Numbered from the stretch's first letter, positions 43,215-53,438 are shown. The stretch: 64,000 bases of DNA from Bacteroidales bacterium UBA3717 (GCA_002372695.1 DFHS01000022.1:6284-70283); one strand, 5' to 3'. Translations and numbers: made by a program. The notes: generated from the letters alone by a model not told the origin.

Positions 43215-44387
43215 CTATTCAAACAGTTTCTCTATATGGTCATACCTCAGAAGCCATATATCGCCGGCGGTATTCTCGAAATCGCCGCCATAGACTACGG
43301 CGCGGCGTTTGATGGGTGTACTTGTCCAGTCCGGCAAACGTTGTAACGACTTTGTAAAGTCCGGATGATAAGTCATAGATGATTTGACCTCAATTGCTGT
43401 CAGCCTGCCTTCCTCTTTGACCAATATATCCACCTCCTGACCGTTACTATCCCTGTAGAAAAAGACATTGCCCTCTTTACCTTGGTTGAAACGATGCTTG
43501 AGACACTCCATAACCATCATATTCTCAAAGATAGCTCCTCGCATCTTGTCCAGTTCCAACTGTCTGGGTGTCTCTATATCCAACAGATAACAAGCCAACC
43601 CCGGATCATTGAAATACAATTTGGGACTTTTCACAACCCGTTTGGTGATATTCTCGTAATACGGCGGAAGAAGCGTCACTAAATATGAAGCCTGCAGAAC
43701 AGAGAGCCAATGACTGATGGTCTTACTATCCACACCCACTTCCATTCCCACTTCCGAGGCATTGAAAACGGAACCGATTCGCGCCGCACAGAGTTTCATA
43801 AACTTTAGAAATTGCATCTGGTCTTTGATACGCAGCAAGTCGCGCACATCTTTCTCCAGATATGTTTTCACGTATGACGGATAAAAGAGCTTGGCAATAT
43901 TCTTTTTTGCACAAATAGCAGGATAAAAGCCCTCATAAAGCAGTTGGTTTGTGCTTTTATCTTTTATCTGCTCCTTGGTTTCTTCCATCGACATTGGCAT
44001 TAACTCATACACACCGGCACGACCGGGAAGGGACTCCGTAAGCCCTTGCAGCAATTCCAAGTTACTACTTCCTGTCAGCACAAACCGCCTCTCCGGCTCG
44101 GTATCTACGATACCTTGAATGTAATCCAATAAAGCCGGCACTTTTTGCACCTCGTCAATGAACATGCCTTCTTTGTGTTGATTCAGAAAGGCGACCGGGT
44201 CTTGTTCGGCGAAAGCGCGCACATGCAAATCCTTCATACTATACTGCGGCAAATCGGGAAACAAATGTTTCAGCATGGTTGATTTTCCGGACTGACGAGG
44301 ACCTGTAACAGAGATAACAGAGAAGTACTGTGCAGCCTCCAGAATAACGCTCTCCAGACGGCGTGGAATGTAGAATTGTTGTGCCAT
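43215..44387 (-). CDS. AAA-family ATPase with C-terminal DUF4143-type domain
   Basis: P-loop VTGPRQSGKST, Walker B MFIDEVQ, and the typical about 390-aa AAA_14 plus DUF4143 architecture. Confidence 0.8.
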   Translation of the reverse strand: MAQQFYIPRRLESVILEAAQYFSVISVTGPRQSGKSTMLKHLFPDLPQYSMKDLHVRAFAEQDPVAFLNQHKEGMFIDEVQKVPALLDYIQGIVDTEPERRFVLTGSSNLELLQGLTESLPGRAGVYELMPMSMEETKEQIKDKSTNQLLYEGFYPAICAKKNIAKLFYPSYVKTYLEKDVRDLLRIKDQMQFLKFMKLCAARIGSVFNASEVGMEVGVDSKTISHWLSVLQASYLVTLLPPYYENITKRVVKSPKLYFNDPGLACYLLDIETPRQLELDKMRGAIFENMMVMECLKHRFNQGKEGNVFFYRDSNGQEVDILVKEEGRLTAIEVKSSMTYHPDFTKSLQRLPDWTSTPIKRRAVVYGGDFENTAGDIWLLRYDHIEKLFE

Positions 44388-44564
44388 AACGATACTTGGT
44401 TTTTATGCAATTTCGGAATTGCGGTGCAAAATTACATAATATTTTTGACTTGAGCAAGTTTTGCGAACATTTTCTTGCATTTTTCTTCATTTTCTTTGAA
44501 AAGTAGAAGTTTTTCATTCTATTCAGCAAAAAAGCTTGTCCAGAAACGCTTTTTTGCCTATTTA

Positions 44565-44596
44565 CTTGTGTATGTCAAAAAAAAGTAGTAAATTTG
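44565..44596 (+). promoter_or_regulatory. leuS promoter (-7 TAAATTTG)
   Basis: Sequence is cttgtgtatgtcaaaaaaaagtagtaaatttg. Confidence 0.7.
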
Positions 44597-44617
44597 CACG
44601 CAAATTTGTTTTTAAGT

Positions 44618-47479
44618 ATGGAATATAATTTTTCAGAGATTGAGAAAAAGTGGCAAAAGGCGTGGGAGGAGAACGGCGTTTACACCGTTTCCAATGAATC
44701 CGACAAGCCGCACTACTATGTGTTGGATATGTTCCCTTATCCTTCGGGAGCGGGTCTGCATGTCGGTCACCCGTTAGGCTACATCGCCAGCGATATTTAC
44801 AGCCGTTACAAACGGTTGAAAGGCTTTAACGTGTTGCACCCGATGGGTTTTGACTCCTATGGCCTGCCGGCAGAGCAGTACGCTATTCAGACAGGCCAAC
44901 ACCCGGAGAAGACGACGTTCGAGAATATCGACCGCTACATTTCGCAGCTCAAGAAAATCGGTTTCTGCTACGACTGGAACCGCGAGGTGCGCACGTGCGA
45001 TCCTAAGTTCTACAAGTGGACCCAATGGGCGTTTGTGCAGATGTTCAACAGCTATTTCGACCCGAAGACGCAGAAAGCGCAACCGATTAGCAAACTCATC
45101 GCTGAGTTCGAAGCCAATGACCCGAAATGGGCGACCATGAGTGAGCGCGAGAAACAAGAGCGGTTGATGAACTACCGCATCGCGTATCTCGCGGACACCA
45201 AAGTGAACTGGTGTCCGAAACTCGGAACCGTGCTCGCCAATGATGAGGTGAGCGAAGGTCTCTCTGTTCGCGGCGGTTATCCTGTTGAGCAACGTGTGAT
45301 GCGGCAGTGGTGTCTGCGCGTGAGCGCTTATGCCGGACGCTTACTCGAAGGCCTCGATCGCATCGACTGGACCGAATCGCTCAAGGAGACCCAGCGCAAC
45401 TGGATCGGCCGCTCTGAGGGAGCAGAGATGCAGTTTACCGTGAAAGGGCAGGATGCGCCGTTTACCATCTTCACGACCCGTGCGGATACCGTGTTCGGTG
45501 TGACGTTTATGGTTCTTGCACCGGAAAGCGAATATGTGCAAAGGGTCGTAACGCCGGAGCAGAAAGCGGAAGTGGATGCCTATCTGGCACGCTGCAAGAA
45601 CCGCACGGAGCGTGAGCGTATCGCGGACAGAAAAGTGACGGGTGTCTTCACAGGCTCGTATGCCATCAATCCGCTCACGCAAGGCGAGATACCTATTTAT
45701 ATCTCCGACTACGTGCTGGCGGGCTACGGCACCGGTGCTATCATGGCAGTGCCGGCACACGACAGCCGCGACTACGCTTTCGCCAAACATTTCAACCTGC
45801 CGATTATTCCGCTGATTGAGGGCGCAGACGTTTCCGAAGAATCGTTCGACGCCAAAGAGGGCAAGATGATCAACTCCGGTTTCCTCAACGGCATGGAAGT
45901 TAAGGACGCGATCCAGGCGATGAAGGAATATATCACGAATACCGGCATCGGTCGTGTAAAAGTCAATTATCGTCTCCGCGACGCGATCTTCTCGCGCCAG
46001 CGTTATTGGGGCGAACCCTTCCCTGTGTATTACAAGGACGGTATGCCTTATACGCTGCCCGAAGAGTGCCTGCCGCTTGAACTGCCGGAAGTGTCGGACT
46101 TCAAGCCCACCGAGACCGGTGAACCGCCGCTGGGCAACGCCGCAGTCTGGGCGTGGGACGAAGCGAACCGCAAGGTAGTAGATAAGTCGCTGATTGACAA
46201 CAAGACCGTCTTCCCGTTGGAGCTCTGTACGATGCCGGGCTTTGCCGGTTCGTCCGCGTATTATCTCCGTTATATGGATCCGCATAACGATGAAGCTCTT
46301 GTGGGCAAACAGGCGAACGACTACTGGCGTCAGGTGGATCTCTATCTGGGTGGTAGCGAGCACGCTACGGGACACTTGATTTATTCTCGTTTCTGGAATA
46401 AGTTCCTCTATGATTTGGGCTATGTTTGCGAGGACGAGCCGTTCAAGAAACTCATCAACCAAGGTATGATTCAGGGCCGTTCGAACTTCGCCTATCGCTA
46501 TATTGGCGAGGGTGCGACGGGCAACCTCTATATCAGTTACAACCTCATCGAGAACCCCGAATACAAGGACAAAGTGCAACCGATTCACGTGAACGTGAAT
46601 ATCGTCAACAACGACGTGCTGGACATCAACGCTTTCCGCGCATGGATGCCGGAGTTCAAGAACGCCGAGTTCGTCTTTGCGGATGGTACTTCGTCCGAGC
46701 TAACGGGCTACACCGCCGGTGCAAAGCAGTATATCTGCGGCTGGGCGGTTGAGAAGATGAGTAAGTCCATGTTCAACGTGGTCAATCCCGATGACGTGAT
46801 TGCCAAGTTCGGCGCCGACACGCTGCGTCTGTATGAGATGTTCCTCGGTCCGCTGGAGATGTCCAAACCTTGGGACACCAACGGTATCGACGGCGTGCAC
46901 CGTTTCCTCAAGCGTCTCTGGAACATGTACGAGAATATCACCGACGAGGAACCGACCAAAGAGGAACTGCGCAGCCTGCACAAACTGATTAAGAAGATCA
47001 CGTGGGACATCGAGAACTTCTCGTTCAACACCTCTATTCCGGCGTTCATGATTGCGCAGAACGAACTCTCCGCACTCAAATGCAACAAGCGCGCCATCTT
47101 GGAGCCGATTGCGGTTCTGTTAGCGCCGTACGCTCCGCATATCGCAGAAGAAATGTGGCATCGATGCCAAGCAATCGGCAAGAAAGTTTCCTCAGAAAAT
47201 TTCATTGACCTTCAAGCTAGTTTAGATGAGGTTCGTTCCTTTGTGGTCAATGCCGAATGGCCGGAGTGCAATGAGGCGTACTTGGTTGAGGACACGCAGA
47301 AATACCCTGTTCAGTTCAACGGCAAGGTGCGTTTCACGCTCGAGTGCCCGAAAGACACCCCGAAAGAGGAAGTGGAGAAACTTGTCCTCGCGCACGAAGA
47401 CACCGCCAAATACCTTGCCGGCAACACCCCGAAGAAGATCATCGTCGTCCCCGGCAGGATTGTCAACATTGTGATGTAA
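44618..47479 (+). CDS. leuS: Leucine--tRNA ligase
   Basis: Start at [17 protein letters not shown] motif is HVGHPLGY and KMSKS motif is KMSKSMFN. Confidence 0.95.
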   Translation: MEYNFSEIEKKWQKAWEENGVYTVSNESDKPHYYVLDMFPYPSGAGLHVGHPLGYIASDIYSRYKRLKGFNVLHPMGFDSYGLPAEQYAIQTGQHPEKTTFENIDRYISQLKKIGFCYDWNREVRTCDPKFYKWTQWAFVQMFNSYFDPKTQKAQPISKLIAEFEANDPKWATMSEREKQERLMNYRIAYLADTKVNWCPKLGTVLANDEVSEGLSVRGGYPVEQRVMRQWCLRVSAYAGRLLEGLDRIDWTESLKETQRNWIGRSEGAEMQFTVKGQDAPFTIFTTRADTVFGVTFMVLAPESEYVQRVVTPEQKAEVDAYLARCKNRTERERIADRKVTGVFTGSYAINPLTQGEIPIYISDYVLAGYGTGAIMAVPAHDSRDYAFAKHFNLPIIPLIEGADVSEESFDAKEGKMINSGFLNGMEVKDAIQAMKEYITNTGIGRVKVNYRLRDAIFSRQRYWGEPFPVYYKDGMPYTLPEECLPLELPEVSDFKPTETGEPPLGNAAVWAWDEANRKVVDKSLIDNKTVFPLELCTMPGFAGSSAYYLRYMDPHNDEALVGKQANDYWRQVDLYLGGSEHATGHLIYSRFWNKFLYDLGYVCEDEPFKKLINQGMIQGRSNFAYRYIGEGATGNLYISYNLIENPEYKDKVQPIHVNVNIVNNDVLDINAFRAWMPEFKNAEFVFADGTSSELTGYTAGAKQYICGWAVEKMSKSMFNVVNPDDVIAKFGADTLRLYEMFLGPLEMSKPWDTNGIDGVHRFLKRLWNMYENITDEEPTKEELRSLHKLIKKITWDIENFSFNTSIPAFMIAQNELSALKCNKRAILEPIAVLLAPYAPHIAEEMWHRCQAIGKKVSSENFIDLQASLDEVRSFVVNAEWPECNEAYLVEDTQKYPVQFNGKVRFTLECPKDTPKEEVEKLVLAHEDTAKYLAGNTPKKIIVVPGRIVNIVM

Positions 47480-47482
47480 AAA

Positions 47483-48688
47483 ATGGCAAAGAAGGCGGAC
47501 ATAGAAAACCCGTACATTCCGGAGTTTGAAAAGTATCTTCGAACTCCGGAGCCATCTGTGCGCGAGCGTGCGGATTATTGGCGTACGGCTATCGGTCTGC
47601 AGGCCGTTGATCAACTGACCGTTTCTGATTTTCTCAAGCAAACAGCCCAAGAGCATATAGAGGGGCAGATTAGTGCTGACGAGGCGGAACAAAGGATTAA
47701 AGCATACTACCAAGCGAAAGAAATCCGTTTGCCCGATGATGACGAGAAAGAGGAAGCGGATAAAGTAGCAATGAATATCACTAAGTTACTTAGTGAGCAA
47801 TCGTTTACGTTCAGCGTAGCAGGTTTTGCGTCCATCCATCGGCAGATATTCAAAGGTGTCTTCAAGCACGCAGGACTGTTCCGAGACTACGACATTACCA
47901 AAAAAGAATGGGTATTGGACGGTGACACGGTGCTGTATGCCAGTTGTACACAGTTGCAAGCAACGCTGGAGTATGATTTGGAGCAAGAGAAGCAGTTTGA
48001 CTACTCCAACCTTGCTCTGCCCGATGCTATTCGTCATATTGCTGCTTTCGTAGCGAATATCTGGCAAATACACCCTTTCCGTGAGGGCAACACACGTACT
48101 ACCGCGGTTTTCACTATCAAATACTTGCGTTCCATTGGATTTCAGAATATAGATAATACGCTCTTTGAACAACACTCATGGTTTTTCAGAAACGCGCTCG
48201 TGCGCGCCAATTATAAGAACGCGCGACTTGGTGTCAATAACTCACCGCAATACTTGGAGCGTTTCTTCCGCAACTTGCTGCTGGGCGAACAAATGCCGCT
48301 GCATAACAGAGATTTGCATATATCAAACAAGGACGTTCAAAACGCGGAGACCGAACAAGTTCAGGATAAGTACAGGACAAGTACAGGACAAGCACAGGAC
48401 AAGTTCGGGACAAGCGACTTAATCAGCACTGGAAATCAAATATATACAGACGACGAAAACACTATTCGTTTGGTTCTGGCTATGGGGGTTGAGAAACTAT
48501 CTATTAAGGAAATAATGACGGCTATAGGGCTTAAAGGTAGAGATAATTTCTTGAATTTATATCTTAATCCTGCCATAGAAAACGGCTTTGTGCGTCTGCT
48601 TTATCCCGACAGTCCTCGCCACCCTCGCCAGAAATACCTGCTGACGGTAAAAGGAATGATGCTGTTAAATCAGTTATCGAACAAATAA
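47483..48688 (+). CDS. Fic/DOC-family protein with degenerate Fic motif and C-terminal wHTH-like domain
   Basis: HPFREGNTRTTA replaces the canonical HxFx(D/E)GNGRxxR. The ATG is 4 nt after the leuS stop. Confidence 0.8.
   Translation: MAKKADIENPYIPEFEKYLRTPEPSVRERADYWRTAIGLQAVDQLTVSDFLKQTAQEHIEGQISADEAEQRIKAYYQAKEIRLPDDDEKEEADKVAMNITKLLSEQSFTFSVAGFASIHRQIFKGVFKHAGLFRDYDITKKEWVLDGDTVLYASCTQLQATLEYDLEQEKQFDYSNLALPDAIRHIAAFVANIWQIHPFREGNTRTTAVFTIKYLRSIGFQNIDNTLFEQHSWFFRNALVRANYKNARLGVNNSPQYLERFFRNLLLGEQMPLHNRDLHISNKDVQNAETEQVQDKYRTSTGQAQDKFGTSDLISTGNQIYTDDENTIRLVLAMGVEKLSIKEIMTAIGLKGRDNFLNLYLNPAIENGFVRLLYPDSPRHPRQKYLLTVKGMMLLNQLSNK
48352..48416. repeat. Tandem word array, 11-nt unit x6 (CAGGACAAGTA), in frame inside fic
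   Basis: Units are caggataagta, caggacaagta, caggacaagca, caggacaagtt and cgggacaagcg. Encodes VQDKYRTSTGQAQDKFGTS. Confidence 0.9.
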
Positions 48689-48824
48689 CCTCAAATATGA
48701 GATTACTAAACAACAGATAAAAACCAATATAATATCTCGTCCCTCTCCAGACGTTAAACAGGAGAAACGCGCAAAGTGTTGCGCGATAACATATTGATTA
48801 AAAGAAGCGTTTGCTTTACTCTTT

Positions 48825-48936
48825 GCTTGAAAAACTAGGAATCTTTCGAAACGGGAGTTTTGCAAATAGGCTTCGCGCATCAGCGTGAAGTTACTATGTG
48901 CATACTTGTTTCACGGTTTTCCTAGTACCCTCAAGC
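48825..48936 (+). ncRNA. Candidate structured element B (nested about 112-nt hairpin), paralogue of 40855-40972
   Basis: Outer stem gcttgaaaaactaggaa / ttcctagtaccctcaagc and inner stem cttcgcg-catcag-cgtgaag. Followed by agcctcacgctttt. Confidence 0.35.
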
Positions 48937-49031
48937 AGAGTGTGTGGCATAGCAGCCTCACGCTTTTGTTTGTATATTATTTAACCGCTTTGTCCGTGGC
49001 TGTTGCAGAGCAAGAAAAACAATTTATTATT

Positions 49032-49760
49032 ATGAAAAAATCTATCTTTATTCTCGCAGCGTTGCTTACTACAACATTTGCTAACGCACAGATTACATTA
49101 GAGAGGTCGCTTCCGGTTGAGGATGCTACAGCAGATATTCCACCCTATCTGCCGTGCTCATTTATCAATTATATCCAAAAAGTAAATAAGACATATTCAG
49201 AACTTTATGTTCCATCAGAACTTCCTTGTCCATTTTATTTCAAAATAACCGCTAATGAAAATGATAGGATTCAAAACATCACATTTATTAACCCTAATGA
49301 TTTCAGCATTTATAAAACACTTGATTTATCTGGGTATAATCTTGGGAGACTTTTCTACGAATCGATATTTGCAATATCATATAATGTGTTCGCGGTAGAT
49401 AAAATCGCATTAATCATAAAAGAAGAATCTACATATGATTTTCTCATCATTGACGAAGATGGTGTTGTTCTTCAAAGAATACACAATTATGTATCGAATG
49501 GGCAAAAGATGGGAGTACTCGTTATTGAGAAGATGAATGATCAATGGAAACTTATTGTTCCGACTAAAGACAATAACGGCGATAGAGCAACCGTAGATAT
49601 TTATTCTTTCCCAGGAGATGGCTCTGTGCCGCAGGCTGCGCAAGCAGTAAGCACTCCTTCTTCTCCGAAGCGTTCGGCGCGTAAGATTGCGCGTGACGGT
49701 CAAGTGCTTGTTCAAACCGACAATAACACTTATACCCTCACCGGCGCAGAGGTAAAGTAA
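49032..49760 (+). CDS. Secreted protein with T9SS-like C-terminal tail (paralogue of 41609..42769)
   Basis: Start at MKKSIFILAALLTTTFANAQ. C-terminus is IARDGQVLVQTDNNTYTLTGAEVK. AT-rich. Confidence 0.65.
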   Translation: MKKSIFILAALLTTTFANAQITLERSLPVEDATADIPPYLPCSFINYIQKVNKTYSELYVPSELPCPFYFKITANENDRIQNITFINPNDFSIYKTLDLSGYNLGRLFYESIFAISYNVFAVDKIALIIKEESTYDFLIIDEDGVVLQRIHNYVSNGQKMGVLVIEKMNDQWKLIVPTKDNNGDRATVDIYSFPGDGSVPQAAQAVSTPSSPKRSARKIARDGQVLVQTDNNTYTLTGAEVK

Positions 49761-49825
49761 GGGCATAGCAAAGGTATAGCAACCCTATACAATCAACACG
49801 TCTTCTTGCGTTTAGCTGCCGCATT

Positions 49826-49858
49826 CGAGACAGATACGAGAAACATACGAGACGATAA
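49826..49858. repeat. Tandem word array, 11-nt unit x3 (CGAGACAGATA)
   Basis: Sequence is cgagacagata cgagaaacata cgagacgataa. Confidence 0.9.
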
Positions 49859-49880
49859 ATGGGGCGAATTCGCCCCATTT
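49857..49880. terminator. Bidirectional terminator (perfect 24-nt palindrome)
   Basis: aaatggggcgaattcgccccattt, between convergent genes. Confidence 0.75.
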
Positions 49881-49910
49881 ATCATTCGGAATTTTAACAA
49901 TCGTACATCC

Positions 49911-51398
49911 TTACTCTGCGAGATTGACGGCGTAGTAGCGGATGCGGCCTTGCGGCGTGCAGCCGGTGATGAAGAGGACGCGGTCGTGCTCGGAGGCGGA
50001 GTTGGCACGACGGACGATGTCGTCAAGGTCTTCCTCAGTGCGCACGGAGCGGTTGTTGACCTTCAGGATGATGAAGTCCGCAGGCACACCGGCACTCTTC
50101 AGCTTGCCTGCTTTGAGCGACTTGATCTGCAAGCCGTAGTTGATCCCCAGGCGCTCTTTCTGCGCATCGGTCAGTTCGGAGAACGTAGCACCCAAGACAG
50201 ACGCTTTGTCCTCGGCTGAGATGACTCCTGTGCCGCCTTCGCGGTTGGTGAGCGTCGCCCGAACGGTCATGGTCTTGCCGTCGCGGAGCAGCATCACGTT
50301 CACTACATCACCCGGACGGTGACGCCCGATATGTTCCTGCAGGTCGGTGCCGGTCTTGACAGCCGCATCGTCAACACGCGTGATTACATCGCCGCTCTTG
50401 ATGCCTGCTTTCTCTGCCGCGCCGTCCGGCACTACACGTTCCACGTATGCCCCTTGGAGAGTTGTCAAGTTTTTCTCTTTCTTCAGTTCGGAAGTGATCT
50501 CACGCATCTGCACGCCGAGGATAGCGCGTTGTACAACGCCGTACTGGCGGATGTCGCTCACTACTTTCTGTACGATACTGGTCGGCACAGCAAAACTATA
50601 GCCCGAATACGAACCTGTCTGCGAAGCGATGGCAGTGTTGATGCCCACCAACTCACCGCGCGTGTTAACCAGCGCACCGCCGGAGTTGCCGGGGTTGACT
50701 GCCGCGTCGGTCTGGATGAACGACTCAATCTTCATCTCGGCGTTGAGGATATTGATGTTACGCGCCTTGGCGGACACGATACCCGCTGTGACCGTCGAAG
50801 TGAGGTTGAACGGATTGCCGACTGCAAGCACCCATTCGCCGACACGCAGGTCATCGGAGTTACCCATCAGGATGACAGGCAGCCCTGTCTCTTCGATTTT
50901 CAGGAGTGCAATATCCGTGTTCGGGTCCGTGCCCACCAGCGTAGCCGTGTACTCGCGTTTGTCGTTGAGGATCACCTGAATCTGGTCCGCACGGTCGATG
51001 ACATGGTTGTTGGTGACGATGTAACCGTCTTCGGAAATGATGACACCCGAACCGGACGCCTGCTGCGCCGGCATCTCGCGTTGCTGTCCCGGACGGCCGA
51101 AGAAGAACTCAAAGAGGTCCATCTGCTGCGAGGAGACCTGGTTGCGGTAGGTCGTCTTGACGTGGACTACGGCATTGACGGACAGTTCCGCCGCATTGGT
51201 AAAATCCGTCTCGCCTGCCTGCGGCAACGAAGCAAAACGGCTGTACGCAGCAGGGACTCCGAGGGAATCATTTGAGGATTTGAAAATTTGAAGATTTGAA
51301 GATTGCAGATTGCCGTATTTCAGCACGGCGAGTGTTGTTCCGGCGCTGACTGCTGCAACGAGCAGCACGATGCCCAAAAATCTAAATATCTTTTTCAT
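49911..51398 (-). CDS. htrA: Do/HtrA-family periplasmic serine endoprotease with two PDZ domains
   Basis: Catalytic triad blocks TNNHVIDRAD, DIALLKI and GNSGGALV. Has an N-terminal anchor. Confidence 0.9.
   Translation of the reverse strand: MKKIFRFLGIVLLVAAVSAGTTLAVLKYGNLQSSNLQIFKSSNDSLGVPAAYSRFASLPQAGETDFTNAAELSVNAVVHVKTTYRNQVSSQQMDLFEFFFGRPGQQREMPAQQASGSGVIISEDGYIVTNNHVIDRADQIQVILNDKREYTATLVGTDPNTDIALLKIEETGLPVILMGNSDDLRVGEWVLAVGNPFNLTSTVTAGIVSAKARNINILNAEMKIESFIQTDAAVNPGNSGGALVNTRGELVGINTAIASQTGSYSGYSFAVPTSIVQKVVSDIRQYGVVQRAILGVQMREITSELKKEKNLTTLQGAYVERVVPDGAAEKAGIKSGDVITRVDDAAVKTGTDLQEHIGRHRPGDVVNVMLLRDGKTMTVRATLTNREGGTGVISAEDKASVLGATFSELTDAQKERLGINYGLQIKSLKAGKLKSAGVPADFIILKVNNRSVRTEEDLDDIVRRANSASEHDRVLFITGCTPQGRIRYYAVNLAE
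51270..51315. repeat. Tandem word array, 8-nt unit x about 6 (ATTTGAAG), in frame after the htrA signal anchor
   Basis: Plus-strand reading is atttgagg atttgaaa atttgaag atttgaag attgcag attgccg. Encodes NLQSSNLQIFKSSND. Confidence 0.9.
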
Positions 51399-51682
51399 AG
51401 TTCCGTAAATTTAAATGTGCAGAAAGAGTATTACAAACTTCGTGCCAAAAAAGTCATTGACCTCACACGTTCGCACGGGTCGCGGTGTGGTCGCGGGATT
51501 GAATGCTTGCACCCACAAAAAAGCAGTATTATCCGGCAAACTACAAAATAAAATGAATTTTATTTCTTTTTTTACTACGTTCGAACGATTATTTTGAAAA
51601 AAATCTTGCACATTTGGATTTTTTGTAGTAATTTTGCATGCAAAATTGTAACGCGCTATTTGAAAGAATGAAAAAGGGAAAC

Positions 51683-51708
51683 AAAAAAGAGAGTCGAAAC
51701 TCTCTTCT
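51683..51708 (-). terminator. Intrinsic terminator after tRNA-Lys
   Basis: Minus-strand reading is agagagt-ttcg-actctct followed by tttttt. Confidence 0.8.
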
Positions 51709-51710
51709 TG

Positions 51711-51783
51711 TGAACCAGCTGGGGCTCGAACCCAGGACCCCATCCTTAAAAGGGATGTGCTCTACCTGCTGAGCTACTGATTC
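51711..51783 (-). tRNA. tRNA-Lys (anticodon UUU)
   Basis: Hand-folded 73-nt cloverleaf: acceptor GAATCAG/CTGGTTC, D arm GCTC-AGCAGGTA-GAGC, anticodon arm CATCC-CTTTTAA-GGATG, T arm CTGGG-TTCGAGC-CCCAG, discriminator A. Confidence 0.9.
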
Positions 51784-51924
51784 TCCTCGCGCGAACTACG
51801 GCTTAATACGATTCGCAATGAAATTGCTCATATGAATTTTCGCCGTGTTCTCGCTCTCCCCAAAAATTAGAAATTTTCGGGGACCCCAGAGGGTTTCTGA
51901 AAACCTAATTTTTGAAAGCGGGTG

Positions 51925-51956
51925 CAAAGGTACTACATTTTTTTGACATGACCAAA
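51925..51956 (-). promoter_or_regulatory. tRNA-Lys promoter (-7 TACCTTTG), near-identical to the tRNA-Gln promoter
   Basis: The minus-strand sequence tcatgtcaaaaaaatgtagtacctttgcacccgcttt is identical over 37 nt to 55730-55766. Confidence 0.7.
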
Positions 51957-52012
51957 TTTTTTTGAACTTTTTTAACAAAAAATAGTATTTTAGGGCATTT
52001 TTGCCCACATTT

Positions 52013-53416
52013 ATGGAAATAAAACTGACATATAACCGAAGAAAGACCTGTTCTGTACAGGTTGGAAACATTTTTCTGGGTTCCGACTACCCTGTCCGCA
52101 TCCAGACGATGGCGAACACGGACACGAACGATATTGACGCCTCGGTCGATCAGGCGAGAAGGTGTATAGAAGCCGGAGCGGAACTGCTGCGTTTCACCAC
52201 GCAAGGTCTGCGTGAAGTAGAATCGCTGCGTGAGATCCATGCGCAGGTTCTGACGGCGGTTCCGCTGGTCGCCGATGTGCATTTTCAGGCAGATGTGGCG
52301 GACGCGGCTGCACAAGTGGTAGAAGCCGTGCGCATCAACCCGGGCAACTACATCGACCCTGCCCGCAAATTCAAGCATATCGACTACACCGAGGAGGAAT
52401 ACCGCGCGGAGTTGAAACGGCTGGAGGATCGTTTCGTGCAACTGTTGGACATCTGCCGCGAGCATGAGACGGCGATCCGTCTGGGTGTCAACCATGGCTC
52501 CCTGAGCGACCGTATCATGAGCCGTTATGGCGACACGCCGGCAGGAATGGTAGAATCCGTTATGGAGTTCCTGCGTGTAGCGGTAAGGCATGATTTTCAC
52601 GAGATCGTTATCTCCATCAAAGCCTCCAATACCCGTGTCATGGTCGATACCGTACGCTTGCTCGTCAAGACCATGAATAAAGAGCACATGGCCTTCCCAC
52701 TCCACCTCGGCGTGACCGAGGCCGGCGAAGGCGAAGACGGACGTATCAAATCCGCGGTGGGCATCGGTGCGCTGCTGGCAGACGGAATAGGCGACACGAT
52801 ACGTGTGAGCCTCAGCGAAGCGCCGGAGAACGAGATACCCGTAGCGCAAGACTTGGTGGCGTATTTCGCGGACGAAGAGTCCACCCGTTATGACGGTACG
52901 ATTACTGCCGAAGTGCTGGACAATATCGGCGGCGAAGCAGAGGTGCGTTACAGCTCTGTCGAAGGGGACTGGAACCTGTTCTGCTTGCAAGCCGCAGCCG
53001 AATGCGGACGTTTGCTGTGGGAGTTCAAGGCTACCATACTGACGCTCGTCAATCCGAATTTCTCGGAGACGAAACTCAATTTCCTGAGCAAAGATATCCT
53101 GCAAGCCGCGCGCGTGCGTATATATAAAACGGAGTATATCTCCTGCCCGGGTTGCGGACGAACCCTCTTCGACCTCCAGAAAACCGTTGCGGAAGTGAAG
53201 AAAGCAACCGCGCAGTATGAAGGCCTCAAGATTGCCGTCATGGGCTGTATCGTCAACGGCCCCGGCGAGATGGCTGACGCCGATTACGGCTATGTGGGAG
53301 CAGGAAGAGAGCGCATCTCCCTCTTTCGAGGCAAAGAGTGTGTCCTCAAGAATATCCCGCAGGAAGAAGCCGTCGAGCAACTCCTCGCCCTCATCGAGGC
53401 AGATAAAAAAAAATAA
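52013..53416 (+). CDS. ispG: 4-hydroxy-3-methylbut-2-enyl diphosphate synthase (flavodoxin)
   Basis: TIM-barrel N-domain (VRIQTMANTDT), Fe-S Cys blocks YISCPGCGRT and GCIVNGPGE, with an inserted middle segment. Confidence 0.9.
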   Translation: MEIKLTYNRRKTCSVQVGNIFLGSDYPVRIQTMANTDTNDIDASVDQARRCIEAGAELLRFTTQGLREVESLREIHAQVLTAVPLVADVHFQADVADAAAQVVEAVRINPGNYIDPARKFKHIDYTEEEYRAELKRLEDRFVQLLDICREHETAIRLGVNHGSLSDRIMSRYGDTPAGMVESVMEFLRVAVRHDFHEIVISIKASNTRVMVDTVRLLVKTMNKEHMAFPLHLGVTEAGEGEDGRIKSAVGIGALLADGIGDTIRVSLSEAPENEIPVAQDLVAYFADEESTRYDGTITAEVLDNIGGEAEVRYSSVEGDWNLFCLQAAAECGRLLWEFKATILTLVNPNFSETKLNFLSKDILQAARVRIYKTEYISCPGCGRTLFDLQKTVAEVKKATAQYEGLKIAVMGCIVNGPGEMADADYGYVGAGRERISLFRGKECVLKNIPQEEAVEQLLALIEADKKK

Positions 53417-53438
53417 CAACTAAAAAAATATAACCATT

